Below are positions 51,024 to 63,950 of a DNA stretch of 64,000 nucleotides, piece after piece. Where the stretch lies: contig NC_042999.1 of the NCBI RefSeq assembly GCF_006345805.1, positions 142,662,001-142,726,000 of the forward strand. The letters are read 5' to 3'. How positions within the stretch are numbered: position 1 is the first letter of the stretch; each line of letters opens with the position of its first letter. The stretch comes from Octopus sinensis. Its lineage: Eukaryota. Made by a program: the position numbers and the translations under genes. The notes beneath the pieces were generated by a model. It was given only the letters and a program-made list of their open reading frames with translations. It searched no databases and had not been told where the DNA came from.

Positions 51024-52226
51024 TACACAGGTTGAGCCAAAAGTTGTTTCTTTTTAAATTTTTGCTGGTGATTTTTGGCAACTTGAATCTCTATATTATT
51101 TTATTAATTTTATACAAATTCTTGTCCAATCGTGGCTGAATTGTTTATTGTTTAATTTCATATATAACATATAAACTTTAATTCTTTATTCTTTGTTTTA
51201 CATCTTTGGTAATGAGTTGCGAAAAAATTGCAATTAGAGCCATTTTACACAAACAGCTGGAAAAAAGACCGAATGCAAAGACAGTCGACGAATATGTGGT
51301 ACAAAACTGGTTCAGACGTTTCGAGGAACGTGGCACTAACCTTGAAGACAAACCAAGGTCACGGAAACTTTCTGTTGTGGAAGATAAGGCCTTGTCTGAA
51401 CAACAACCAAGCACAAGTACTCGTAATTGTCGGCAGAACTTGGTCCTTCGCAAAGCACCATCATTCTACACTTCCATAAGTTCGGCCTTATGGACAGACG
51501 CTGTCGAGAAGTTCTTCCTGAACTGACCAATGACCAGGCTCAATGACGAGTGAACATGCAAAAACCTGCTGGCAAATCCTCGAGATGTCCGTTTTTGGCG
51601 TCGAATTGTAAATGTGGATAAAAAATGGATCAATCAGTGGCTTCGTTTTGGCTAAGCTTCGGAACCTACTGTCAAACAAGGGTGGTTTGAACAGGTCATA
51701 CTGTGTGGAATTTTGAGGGCGTGTTGCACTTTGGGCTTGTCCCATATGGTCATGTTGTGACCGCTAACCTTTATGCTCAACAACTGTAGCGAGTGTATGA
51801 TGCTTCGAAAGCCCGCTACTTGGCGCTGGTCGATCGAGGATGCACACTCCTACAGTATGACAATGCCCTAGCATACACTGTCAATGTGACCAAGTGCAAA
51901 CTTGAGGGACTGAAGTTTTTTAAGTGCTGCCTCACCTTGCCCACAGTCAAGACCTTGCACCATCAGACTACTACCTTTTCTGAGCCATAGCTCATTTCTT
52001 TCACGGACGGAGGTTCATCAACGTGGATGATGTTGAAAGCAGGCGTAGAGAATTTCTTGCTTCTAAACTAGCTAAGCGGGGAATTGAACTTCTGACATAA
52101 AGATGGCAACATACAATAGAATATGATGGCATATATTTTGCTGAATAAACGCTTTTCGTTTGTAATCTGTTCGAACTATTAATTAAATCTTGAAATACGA
52201 AAAAAATCTTTTGACCCAACCTGGTG

Positions 52227-52228
<2 letters not shown>
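51024..52228 (+). mobile_element. Decayed mariner transposon
   Basis: Imperfect TIRs tacac-aggttgagccaaaag / tacaccaggttgggtcaaaag. Transposase motifs QNWFRRF, RIVNVDKKW, YDNA and AHSQDLAPSDYYLF. Confidence 0.85.
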
Positions 52229-52580
<352 letters not shown>

Positions 52581-54849
52581 CCTGCACGACTGTCTCTCTG
52601 TGTATTATTTCTACTTCGTTTTTGTATCTGGTTTGCAAAATTCGTTATATGAATTCGTGTGCTGAAACAAATTTTGTTGTGTTTAGGGAGAGTCATTTTG
52701 CCAATATTATTAGCACACTCTATACTAATTAACACGCGTATTAATGATGTTGGCACAATGACTCTCCCTAGACACAACAAACTATATTATTTCTATTACA
52801 TTTAAAGGTTCTTAATTAGTCTTTCAGTAATCTTTGGGGCTAATATCGTGAAAAAAAAAATAAGGAGATCACTGGCTTAGAGTACATGGCTGTAAATAGA
52901 TATTGAGAAAGAGAGATTAGAAGAAAGAGAGGGGAAGCGATTGAGAAAGCGATGTAGGGAGCGGGAGAAGAAAGAGAGTAGAAAGAAAGTATGAAGAGAG
53001 AGAAAGAACCTTCTGTTCGACGGCCTAGACACAGAAAAACAAAACAGTATAAAAATGGATTATTCCTTTATTGTATCTTCATTTGATACAATATTTTGTA
53101 CATTCAAACCAATACTCGCTATTTGGCACTCACATTTTCTATGATTCTGACTTCCTTCACTATAATTATTTCGGCATTTGTTTATGTGTGCATGTATGCG
53201 TGTATTTGTGGTGTGTATGGGTGTTTGTCAAATTAAAGACTGAACCAGAATATTGATACCTTGCTCGTAGAATAAGGACATTGTGATGTCAAGCTGCACA
53301 GTGTTATATTAAATCAAAGATGCTGACATTTTGCTCGGCTATCTTCAAGTCGTTGCAAATAAATAATTGTTTCAGCTGTCAAGTTACTCCGAGAAGAATG
53401 TTTTCATTGTATGGTTATTCTAAAGAGACGTGTTGTATGTGGTAATTACTTTAGTAGCTGAGACTAATACGACTTCGTTTTAACTTCATGGTAAAGATAT
53501 GCAATTGTATATCAAGACAGTGTAGTAGGCCTGCAAATGATACGTTCATACATCAGCCGTCTGCTTCTACAAAATTAGATTGAACGCTTCCTTAACATAT
53601 TTTAATTAATCAACTCGCTTCTTCAACTGTGATATAGATTTAAACACAACAAATGATATCAAATTTATGATTTACAGATAAAATATTTCTTAGGAGATTA
53701 GAAAATCGAGTATAAGGTTACTTGTTGACATTGTACAACGATAAGATAAATTACCGTTTGCATTTTAATTATACTTAATGATTGCCATTATTTCTCCTTG
53801 CGAAAACAGTCGTAGAATTTCCAGTTAGGGTTACAATTAGCTTTTTTCTTTACATTTTCTTTCCCTTATGAAATGAAAACGAGTGTTTAGATTAGATATT
53901 CCTACTGAAAATATCTTTAAGCTATTTATTGCAATATGGACAACGTTATTAAGAAAATTGGTTTTAATATGGAAAGTGGCAAACGCGAAGTATAGAAGAA
54001 ATAAACTTCTCATGTGTCATGACTGCATCTCATTTCGTTTTGCTGTCGAAGCAGTTTCGCTGAATTTTAGTGAGGAATGCATGATCGTCATATGACACCA
54101 TCACTTTTCTATGGTCTCCTCCTATTATTGGACTATGTGGCCTGTCATGAGCTGAAAAATATTGCTGGCCAAATATCAGCTACTTGACTTACGCTAATTA
54201 TATTTATCCTCAATCCAGTCACAATTCTCCCCATATGTTCTTTAACAGATCTGACATGGTCATGCGATCTGCTGGAAAAGGCTGCCAAATTTCCTTCAAA
54301 TCACACCCAACAACTTTTTTTGAAATTAGTATAGGAGAATGCATTGGCTAGTGTAGTCTTAGATATACTATGTTCAAAACAGTAAGATAATATGGCCACG
54401 GCTGGAACGCCTCTAATCCTAGGTTTCCTCATTCGAGGTAAATGATAACAGTATTACCACGCCCATCACTCCATTAACCACGCTATTCACTATATAAACC
54501 ACGCTTATTACTACATTAGCCACGCTGCTCAACATATAAACCACACCCTTCTCCCTATTTTCCACATCACTCACCATATAAATCACTTCTTATCATATTT
54601 GACATGTTTTACCAATATCCGTTACAGTTGTAAATTTTACTCCTTGCTGTATATTTTAGACCAAAGGGAATATGTTCAGTTTTTTCAGGCTCTTAAATTC
54701 AGCCTTCTCAAAGAAGTCTAGATCTGCATTAAAAAATACATCCTAATTCAATGCGGTGTTATATGTGTGTGTGTATGTGTGTGTACGTGCAGCTGGGAGG
54801 AGAAATCGTCAAATCATTATTCGTGAGTTATCAGAGGACGTGTAGATTA

Positions 54850-55287
54850 GTTACAGTTCAGTACTATCTATTACCACTGAAAATTTGGGTATGAGACGTT
54901 TTTCTGCCAAGTTTGTGCCAAAACTACTTTCAGCTGACCAAAAAGAAACTCGGGTTTCAGTTGCACAAGATCTTCTTGATTGTGTTAAGAACAATGAAAA
55001 CTTTCGAAAACTTTGCGTAGGCCTCTGAGCAGGTATCATCAAGCTTTTGGCAAACTTTGATGGAAATTTTCTACTCAGCTTTCTCTGTCATGATCAATGC
55101 AATGATCACATGCTACACACCTTTCTTCAAAGCACTGCTGTAAACAACGGAAGTGAACTAGGACGTTAAAACTTAGTGCATATGCGCAGCAGTGTTCAAG
55201 GTCAATCTGTGCCAAGTGGCTTCACTCTGCGTGCTTAAACTTCGTTACTATAGCAGCAGTCCGAATACTTATTGATCAGACCATGTA
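54850..55287 (+). mobile_element. Internally deleted mariner fragment
   Basis: LGMRRFSAKFVPKLLSADQKE (WVP/FVP motif); right end is the reverse complement of a mariner-type TIR tacatggtctgatcaataagtattcggactg. Confidence 0.7.
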
Positions 55288-55332
55288 TATAGAAAACAAA
55301 TTTTATTGTACACGAGTAGAAATATAGAAAAA

Positions 55333-55601
55333 AAGTTGAAAATGCATTGGAATTCATTTAGACTTCTTGTTTAAAAAAATTTTAAAGACTCAGCTGTTTT
55401 CACAAATTTCTCTGGTTTTCAAAAGTTGAGATAGAAAGGCGTGGAGTTATGCTGCAACTGTCTTGCAGCATAGACAGTTGCATCATAGCTCCACGTCTTT
55501 CTGCTTCCAATTTTGAAAATCAGAGAAATCCGTGAAATCGATTAAGTCTTCAAAAGATTTTAAATAAGAAATCTAAACGAATCCAAGTGCATTTTCAACT
55601 T
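55333..55601. repeat. Fold-back inverted repeat (MITE-like), ~130-bp arms with a 10-nt loop
   Basis: Arms aagttgaaaatgca...gcaactgtc and gacagttgc...tgcattttcaactt; loop at 55463-55472. Confidence 0.8.
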
Positions 55602-55603
55602 CT

Positions 55604-55638
<35 letters not shown>

Positions 55639-55688
55639 TATATATATACAGAGAGAGATATACATACATACATACATACATACATACA

Positions 55689-55719
<31 letters not shown>

Positions 55720-55729
55720 CAGAAACATG

Positions 55730-56700
55730 AATTGTTTGTGTCGATGGGGTCGTATGACAGTGCTGACATATGTGATCTAGTAGGTCTTTACATATTAAAT
55801 ACATTGAGATCTAAGTTCTTATCCCATGATATTGGTCTATTCCATGATGATAGTTTGGGCATATCTGATGACGGTGATGGACATATATTTTTAGTCAAAA
55901 TTATGGTACCCACTAATTTCTCTAAAGCTGATTTCTTAGATGTTTTCCTACACTTGAACTCGTGCTCTTATAATCCCTATCATAAACTGATTGAGGGACT
56001 CACGTATATACATAAACCGTCCTGTCACTTTCTATAATATTTAAAAACCTTATAACCGATATCAGTAATAAAATATCTAATCTCTCCTCTTTATGGAAAT
56101 ATTCGATAAAGCAACCTCCTACAATAATTATACCCTGGCTGACAATAGCTCCAAAAATATGATACCTTACAATCCTTCCATTAAAAATATGGAACCTAAA
56201 ACTAGACTCCGGAAAATAATATGGCTGCTACCCATTTTTTTCTCTTAGAATGCTAAGTCTAACATACATAAAAAAAATTCTTGGACTTAATAGATAGGCA
56301 TTTCCCGGTTAACCATAAATATATAAAAGATTTTAATAGACGTTCAATGAAAATTTTATATAGCTGCTGCCCCGATATGAAAATATTATCATTCGTAGAC
56401 CACATCAAGAACTCACTCCAAGTTGTAACTGTTGAAATCTCGAAGCTTTCTTACTTGATCAGGCATATTTGATCAACTAAGTGTTTTATGAAGCCGAAGT
56501 CACAGCAGTTCTCCAAAATAAGGAAATCCAAAAGAAAGATTATGCTGATTTATTCGAAAGTAATTTTAAAACGTGCAAACCACCAGTCTTCTTTTCGACA
56601 CATAGGTAAGAATAAAACTACAAAGTTAGCTAGCTGTATATGGGATCTGAAGGGTAACTATACAACACACTCAATCAAGTGGAGTTATATATAAATAGAT
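55730..56700 (+). pseudogene. Penelope-like element RT/GIY-YIG-region remnant
   Basis: MGSYDSADICDLVGLYIL and IGLFHDDSL (MGS.DGAE.C.LVG and GLYRDDGL of PLE RTs); KRANHQSSF...KLASCIWDLK from the endonuclease region. Confidence 0.75.
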
Positions 56701-56784
56701 CAAGACCCAGGCTAGGTGTGGCCGTAAGATCTCAAATACTTTTTGGATGCAAGAACTCTATTCGAAATTTTTAGTAAATTTAGA

Positions 56785-57135
56785 GTGGTGGTAAGACGTT
56801 TACTTCTCAACCACTGCCTGGCTCCGTGTCTTCTACTATGGCCTCAGGCCGACCAAAGCCTTGAGTAGATTTGGTAGGCAAAAACTGAAAGAAGCCCGTC
56901 GTATATGTTTATATTTATATGTGTCTTTGTGTATGTGTTAATCTCCCACTACCTCTTGACCAGTGTTGGTTTGTTTATGTCCCCGTTATTTAAAGGTTCA
57001 GTAAAACAGACCGATTGACTAAGTACCAGGCTTTAAAAAAAGTTCTAATGTCGATTTGTTCAATTAACCCCTTCAAGACAGTGTTCCAGCATGGCCACAG
57101 TCTAATGGCTGAAAAAAGTGAAAGATAAAAGATAA
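56785..57135 (+). mobile_element. Degenerate SINE family A
   Basis: gtcttctactatggcctcaggccgaccaaagcc...aactgaaagaagcccgtcg and 3' tail. Confidence 0.7.
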
Positions 57136-58099
57136 CAAATTTCTCTTGTCAAACTTCGAATTAAGTATGCAGTCTCACAGACTTTTACCTCCTCCCCGTG
57201 GAAATATTTTACACTTGCTTTATTAAATCTGATTCGAACACCATCCATTTTAATTAAACAGAAATAGGAGACGCAATTCTTATTTTCCTTTCCTTCTTTT
57301 CTTTCATTCTTACTTCTTTCATTTTCTTTTCCTTTTTACCTTTCACCTTTTATTTTTTCGTTCCGCCTTTTCTCACTCCACTTTTTGCCTTCACCTTCAT
57401 CTCGCTCCTTCTCTGTGTTTTTTTTTTTTTGTTTTTGTTTTTTCATAAACCAACGTCCTATCTTTTTCTTTTTCAAATAATACCAGCCATGTTGTATATT
57501 GAACCTGAAAGATTGCTTGGAAGCACAAGGCATGATATAAAAATCTTCTGGTGTATTGTATTTCCACAGCATGAAGCTAATTGTAACTCGTACTTAAGTA
57601 CTGTGTATGTAAAATGACATATATTGAAATTTTTTCACGGTAAAATGTTATTAAATTTCTTCATATAGTTATTGAAATTTTCTTTTGATGCCTTACTAGA
57701 TTGCATATAGTTAATGATGTGGCAGTGGAGAGCTAACATATCAATTACTTTTTAATTAATTACAATTTCACTTTTAGTGAAGAGAAAAATCATTAGCACT
57801 CATGCTTAGTCTTCCCACCAATTAACCGTCACTTGGCGTCTGAGGGATATAAAAATCTTGAGCTATAAACATTCACATATATGACAACTTAAAATAATAA
57901 TTGGGGGAATTTTCCCCGGATGCTATTTGCATAAGAAACATATAACTTAGTGCTGAGCCCAAAATTATAAAAAAATTACAACTATAGTGACGACAAAAAT
58001 TATTTGCTTAAATAATTAATAAATTGATAACACCTAATTCAATGTGATTTTTAAATATAAAGCGAAATGGCTCTTTGTCCTTCATCTAGACCTATAACT

Positions 58100-58460
58100 T
58101 TATCAGTTCATCGTTGTGTACATACATACATACATACATACATACATACATACATACATACATACATACATACACACACACACATACAACATACATACAT
58201 ACATACATACATACATACATACATACATACATACATACATAATATTTAAAGGATGACGGTTAAGTCAAGATACTTCCTTTCACAACCTTGCTACTAAGTC
58301 GGTGGACGATCAAAATTTACTCTAAAATAAGAAGAAAGAGAAGACATACATACATGCATGCATGCATACATATATACATGCATGCATACATACATACATA
58401 CATACATACATACATACATACATACATACATACATACATACATACATACATACATGCATG
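58100..58460. repeat. (TACA)n microsatellites
   Basis: Direct reading. Confidence 0.95.
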
Positions 58461-58740
58461 CATACATAATTAGCAACGGAAGAGGTATTAGCCCAAAATT
58501 AGCGACCTGCTTACATTCTTTAAAAAAATGTGTGCTTGTTGAAAGCCTTCTAAACTGTAGCATTTGTCTTAAGAAAGTATCACTTATAGATATATAGTGT
58601 TAAAAATACAGAAAAATATCCACAGCAGGCGGAGGTCGCCCAGCCTTGGATGATCGCTAATTTTGAACCAATAAATTTTTGTTCAACCTACTGGCTAAAT
58701 GCGTTATTGGTGACCTTTCAATGACTATATCTATTTCTAT

Positions 58741-58906
58741 TTCTTTACTACCCACAAGGGGCTAAACACAGAGGAGACAAACAAGGACAGACAAACGGAT
58801 TAAGTCGATTACATCGCGACCCCAGGGCGTAACTGGTACTTAATTTATCGACCCCGAAAGGATGAAAGGCAAAGTCGACCTCGGCGGAATTTGAACTCAG
58901 AACGTA
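58741..58906 (-). mobile_element. SINE family B fragment
   Basis: Reverse complement of 24790-24950. Confidence 0.8.
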
Positions 58907-59246
58907 CAGCAAGCAACTGGTGTTTTCTTGACAAAAAGGTGGCGTAGATATTTGCTGCTGCTCAAGCTAACTGGCAGAAATCTAGATTCAGAAATTTCAC
59001 CACTAATGTTGGGTGACCTCCGGCTGCTGCTGGTATTTTTCTATGTTTTTAATACAATATATCTATAAGAGATACATTCTGAAGATGAATACCGCAGTTT
59101 GGAAAGATTTCAACCAACACACATTTGAAGTATGTATACCAGTGGTTCCCAACCTCGGGCCGCGGACTCCTGGTGGTCCGCAAAGGTAGTGCAGGGATTC
59201 CGTGAACTAAATTCAAAATTTCATATATATATATATATATATATAT

Positions 59247-60023
59247 AGCAATAATAATTCTCTAAAAGAGATATAGACAGTAACTGCTCGATAACATAAG
59301 GGACTAAAGCCATCTGAATATGGCTAGGGACAGGGCAGGGTGGTGGGGGTGTTACTGTTGCATTTAGCCCCAGGCGAACATCGACGTCGCCAAATAGGCC
59401 CGACACCGTCACGGTGTCCTTTAACCTGCAAAGGGAGATAATTCCCCGATGAAGCGGAAACCACACACGGACCATGGTTTCAAGGTGTATTGCCTATCGT
59501 CAACGTGTGGTAGGCCTCCGCTTCCTCGACGAAATCTCACTCTGCAGGATATTCATATATAGATTTTCAAGCAAAATACATTTGCTGATTTCGAAAATCT
59601 GTTCGACAGCAATAATAATTCTCTAAAAGAGATATAGACAGTAACTACTCGATAACATAAGGGACTAAAGCCATCTGAATATGGCTAGGGACAGGGCAGG
59701 GTGGTGGGGGTGTTACTGTTGCATTTAGCCCCAGGCGAACATCGACGTCGCCAGATAGGCCCGACACCGTCACGGTGTCCTTTAACCTGCAAAGGGAGAT
59801 AATTCCCCGATGAAGCGGAAACCACACACGGAGAAACCATGGTCCGTGTGTGGTTTCCGCTTCATCGGGGAATTATCTCCCTTTGCAGGTTAAAGGACAC
59901 CGTGACGGTGTCGGGCCTATCTGGCGACGTCGATGTTCGCCTGGGGCTAAATGCAACAGTAACACCCCCACCACCCTGCCCTGTCCCTAGCCATATTCAG
60001 ATGGCTTTAGTCCCTTATGTTAT
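59247..60023 (-). mobile_element. Second hammerhead-bearing repeat element (361-bp period, 1.6 direct copies plus an inverted copy)
   Basis: Direct copies start at 59247 and 59608; inverted copy at 59833-60023; (AT)n on both sides. Confidence 0.9.
59464..59509 (-). ncRNA. Type I hammerhead ribozyme (C3U variant, GUC cleavage site)
   Basis: CACACG-UUGACGA-U-AGG(CAAUACA)CCU-U-GAA-ACCAUGGU-C-CGUGUG. Stem I has 6 bp and stem III is a perfect palindrome; predicted cut between 59470 and 59469. Confidence 0.8.
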
Positions 60024-60046
60024 ATATATATATATTATATATATAA

Positions 60047-62546
60047 AACACAAAGGATATCGCGGTACACGAGTTTCATAAACGACCCCTTAATGCTGTG
60101 TATTTCATGCTGTGCTGTATGAGACACGCTTATGTGCACGAGTAAGTATACACACACACACACACACACACACACTATAAATTTATAAAGCTAGTAACTT
60201 GTAGTGACGGGTTAGTGTAAACTGACCACTCACCACAACGATATCAAATTTCAACCTCGAAACTAAGAAGTGATTTATGACCATTACCACCCCATCAAAG
60301 CCAAAATTGTATTCTCAACATCTTATCTCTTTATCTCTTACTCTACCTTAAAGAATCAATTCTTTTATTATTATTTTTATATTTTTTATATTTTTAGTTA
60401 CTTTATCCTTTTTTTTTTTGCTAATTCTTATTTATATGTGGTTCTAACTTTATTATCCTTATTTTTACTTTTTATTATTTTGGGTTTTTTGATTTTATTA
60501 CCCTTGTCTTTTGCTTCCATTGTCTTTTACATCCAGTAACCCTGCCCCTTATTCCTTATTTTAACGTTTATTTTTTAACGTTTATTTCTTTGTCTCTATT
60601 TTTTCTCTTTTTTCTTTCTATTTTTTCTCTCCTTTTCTCTCTGTTTTCTTTTCTTTTTTCTTTCTTTCTATCTTTTTTCTTTCTATTTTTTCCTTCCTAT
60701 CTTTACAAGGGAAGTGAATACAAACACAGTTCAATCTATTTAACACTAGCAGTATCGCCCGGCGTTGCTCGGGTTTGTTTCGACCCGCTGGAATTGTAAT
60801 TTTAAAAAGTAAAAATTTTGTGAACATTTTTCTGGTCGAAATACACCGAAAAGTGGCGACACAACAGTGAAAAAATCGTAAAAAATAGGGATTTTCATAG
60901 AAAAAAGCAGCTTTTTGATGTAAATAATTTTTGGTGTTAACATGGTCCGATTTGAATTTTATGTTCTACGGAAGGAAGAGCAACCCTTCTTCTATCATAC
61001 TCTCAATTTTGGTCAACTTGCGCCGCAGGGTCTCGGAGGAGATAGTGTTAGTTGAAGTTTACCAAACGTGGCGCACACAGACAACTTCAGCTTTATATAG
61101 AGATAACACACACACATTAATACACATACATAGACACACACACACATGTATGTATGGATGTATATATGTACATCTGTCCACTTCTTGCAATATTTTTATC
61201 CTTCACTTTCTACACACACACACACACACACACACACCTTATTAGCTTACAATTTCTTTCTGTCAACAATTGACAACAGAAATTTAACGACAGAAAGTAA
61301 ATTAAAAACCAATTTACCTTTTCTGTATTGTTATGGCAATTCGACCGTCGGTGTGTTTTTGCAAATGTGTTCGAATGAGAAGTGAGTTGTGTTTGGCGCC
61401 TTTTTTACTAATAACAAACACACACGTGTTTGTATGTAGTTGTTTGAAACGTTTGTGTTTGTCACTGTCCTATATGTATGTGTATGCGTGTGTGTGAGGA
61501 ATGGCAAACCAGATAGATAGCGCGCGAAGTTCTTTTGAAGTTCGCGCTCCGCTTGTGTGTGTGTGTGTGCGTGCTTTAGGTGTACGTAGGTATGTGTACT
61601 CTCTCTGTCTCTTTACACACACTAACAAAAGCACTTCACTTACACACCACACTTTCTGTGTCGCACACTCCATCAAACACACACACACACACACGCACGC
61701 ACACATGTACATCAATGCTTTCGGAGTGAAATGTTAAAATATTGAGTTTTCTCGAATTTTGTCTTAATTGGGGGTGAAATTGAAAGAAATTTTGTATGGC
61801 ATGACCGAATGGAAGTACTTTAAAAAATCATAGGTAAACTCTAATTGAAGAAATTGTGTGAGGAGTAAATCGTTATGTATTTATTTGTTTCTGTTTGCTG
61901 TGTTTTTTTTTTTTTAGTAGTGGTTTAAGGTACACTTGCAAAGAGAAAGTGGGAGAAATTAGGGTGATAGCGTGAGTGAAGCAGATCGCTCCGTTTTGTG
62001 TGTGTGTGCGTGTGTGTGTGCTGTAGACCACACTAAGAAAAGCACTACACTTACACACCACAATGTGAGTTTTCTCTAAATTTTGCTTAATTGGGGTTGA
62101 AAATTTAAAAACCGGACCTGGCACGACCCGATGCATTCTACTCTTAAAAATGCTAGGTAAATTGTAATTGAAGAAATCCTATATTGTAGATTTCTATAAG
62201 AGACAAGGGGAGGCAGATAAAATCTGCCTTTTATAATAAGAGATTCACTCTATGTTGACTGATGATACAATATGGACAGATTTTCGAAATCCAATGAATC
62301 TTTATACAGTTATACAGTTACGAAATTTTACAAATGCCCTTTCTCAGGGAGATATGATGTACCTATTATAATGGGTAATATTACATGTACCTTTCATATT
62401 TTTTATAGTGTGATGTAACTCTTTGGAATAACAATGTTTGTGACTGAAGAGAGCTTTAAACCATCTTTTATATCAATTATACACTGAAGTTAGAAAGGGG
62501 TCGTTTATAAAGCTTGAAACTCGTGTACCGCGATATCCTTTGTGTT
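60047..62546. mobile_element. ~2.5-kb segment bounded by perfect 32-bp inverted repeats
   Basis: aacacaaaggatatcgcggtacacgagtttca (60047-60078) and its reverse complement (62515-62546), plus an inner taaacgacccctt match. No TSD or ORF seen. Confidence 0.6.
60745..62244 (+). mobile_element. Helentron/HINE-like non-autonomous rolling-circle element(s)
   Basis: 5' actagcagtatcgcccggcgttgctcgggt hairpin; 3'-type ends ctttatatagagat (~61085) and ggcagataaaatctgcc-ttttataataagagat (62212-62244); internal (GT)/(CA) tracts and repeated blocks. Confidence 0.5.
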
Positions 62547-62639
62547 CTGTTTTTGATTTTATTTGATATATTCCCTCTCACCTCTGCCACTATCTGGCAT
62601 ATACAGGTGCTTACACTTATCAAGTATTCACCCTAAATG

Positions 62640-63053
62640 GAGAAAGGCTGAAGACGCTCGACCTTTATTCTCTAGAAAAACGACGACGCCGTGGTGATCT
62701 CATTCTTGCTCACAACATCATAAGCGGAAAGTGTAACCTCTCGAAAGAGCTGTTCTTCACTCCTGCTCCAGAGCGTCGGCTGCGGGTGTCACTCCGAAAA
62801 GCTCTATCTGCGACGATTTCATCTCAATCGAAAGAGAGGGGCTTTCTCCGTCCGGGTTGCGGATCCGTGGAATAAGCTGCCGGACGAGATAGTGAAGATG
62901 CCAACGACCGCTCGGTTCAAAGTCTCCCTTGAGCACAAATGGCCTGAACTCTTTGCATGAGCACCACCCTGTACATAACTCCATGTTCCCCTACATGGCC
63001 TTGCTTTTTTGCTTTTTAAGCCAAAAAATTAACTTAACTTAACTTAACTTAAA
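62640..63053 (+). pseudogene. CR1-clade LINE 3' end with (TTAAC)n tail
   Basis: ERLKTLDLYSLEKRRRRGDLI...AFSVRVADPWNKLPDEIV...FK; short tandem-repeat tail. Confidence 0.8.
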
Positions 63054-63229
63054 TTTACAGTACCTACTATATATATATATTTATATATTTAAAACTCAGC
63101 GTGGTGGTATTTCTCAGATACCCTAAATTATAATTTTAAATAATTATTACCTTTGAAAGGTTTTTATTCCCATTCTGGCCACTTGATAAGATCGATATTT
63201 TAATATCGATCTTATCGATCTTATCAATG

Positions 63230-63950
63230 CAGTTTAATGCTGAAAAATTCCAAGCCCTGCGCTACCAGCACCCAAAACTGAATATAAAACTTACAGGGTA
63301 CACCGGTACACAAGGAATTTAAATCCCAGAGCCTAAGTCAGTGAGGGACCTGGGTATCGACATGAGTGATGATACCTCTTTCCAAGTGCACATTACCAGG
63401 ATGGCGACAAAGTGCAGACGACTGGCTGGGTGGATCCTAAGAACATTCAGAACTAGAGATAATGAAACCATGATGGTCCTCTGGCGGACATTCGTCCTCA
63501 GTCGCCTGGATTACTGCTCACAGCTATGGTCACCCACCAGTGTGAAATTAACAGCAGACCTTGAAGCAATCAGGAGAAGATTCACAAAGAAGATCATCTC
63601 TTTGCAACAGCTCAGCTACTGGGAAAGGTTGAAACAGTTAATACTCTACTCCCTGGAAAGCTACACCAATGCCAGAACTGGACGACACTGCATAGTGCCA
63701 AAGGTCCCGGTAATGCCATCACGCTTCAGGACCAGTTACTGCAACAGCCTGGGTTTCAGCTTTTTAATATTCTCCCAAAGAGTCTGAGAAACTTGCACAA
63801 AGTAGATGTAGGGGTTTTTAAATCAAAGCTGGACCTCTTCCTGTCGAGAATCCCAGATGAACCGACCTCACGGCAAGAGGTGCAAATGAAGGTAGTTATA
63901 TCAAATTCCATGCTTCACCAAGTGCCACATATTAGAGGAGGCTCTTAGTA
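63230..63950 (+). pseudogene. CR1/Jockey-group LINE 3' fragment
   Basis: VRDLGI, WILRTF, SRLDYCSQLWSP, YWERLKQL.LYSLE and FKSKLD. Confidence 0.8.

Noticed and set aside
59561-59600. agattttc...ctgatttcgaaaatct hairpin as a plus-strand hammerhead
   Set aside because: CUGAUUU lacks G8 and A9, and there is no stem II; it is only an imperfect hairpin.
62259-62300. CTGATGA...GAAA as a hammerhead
   Set aside because: No pairing for stem II or stem III and no stem I.
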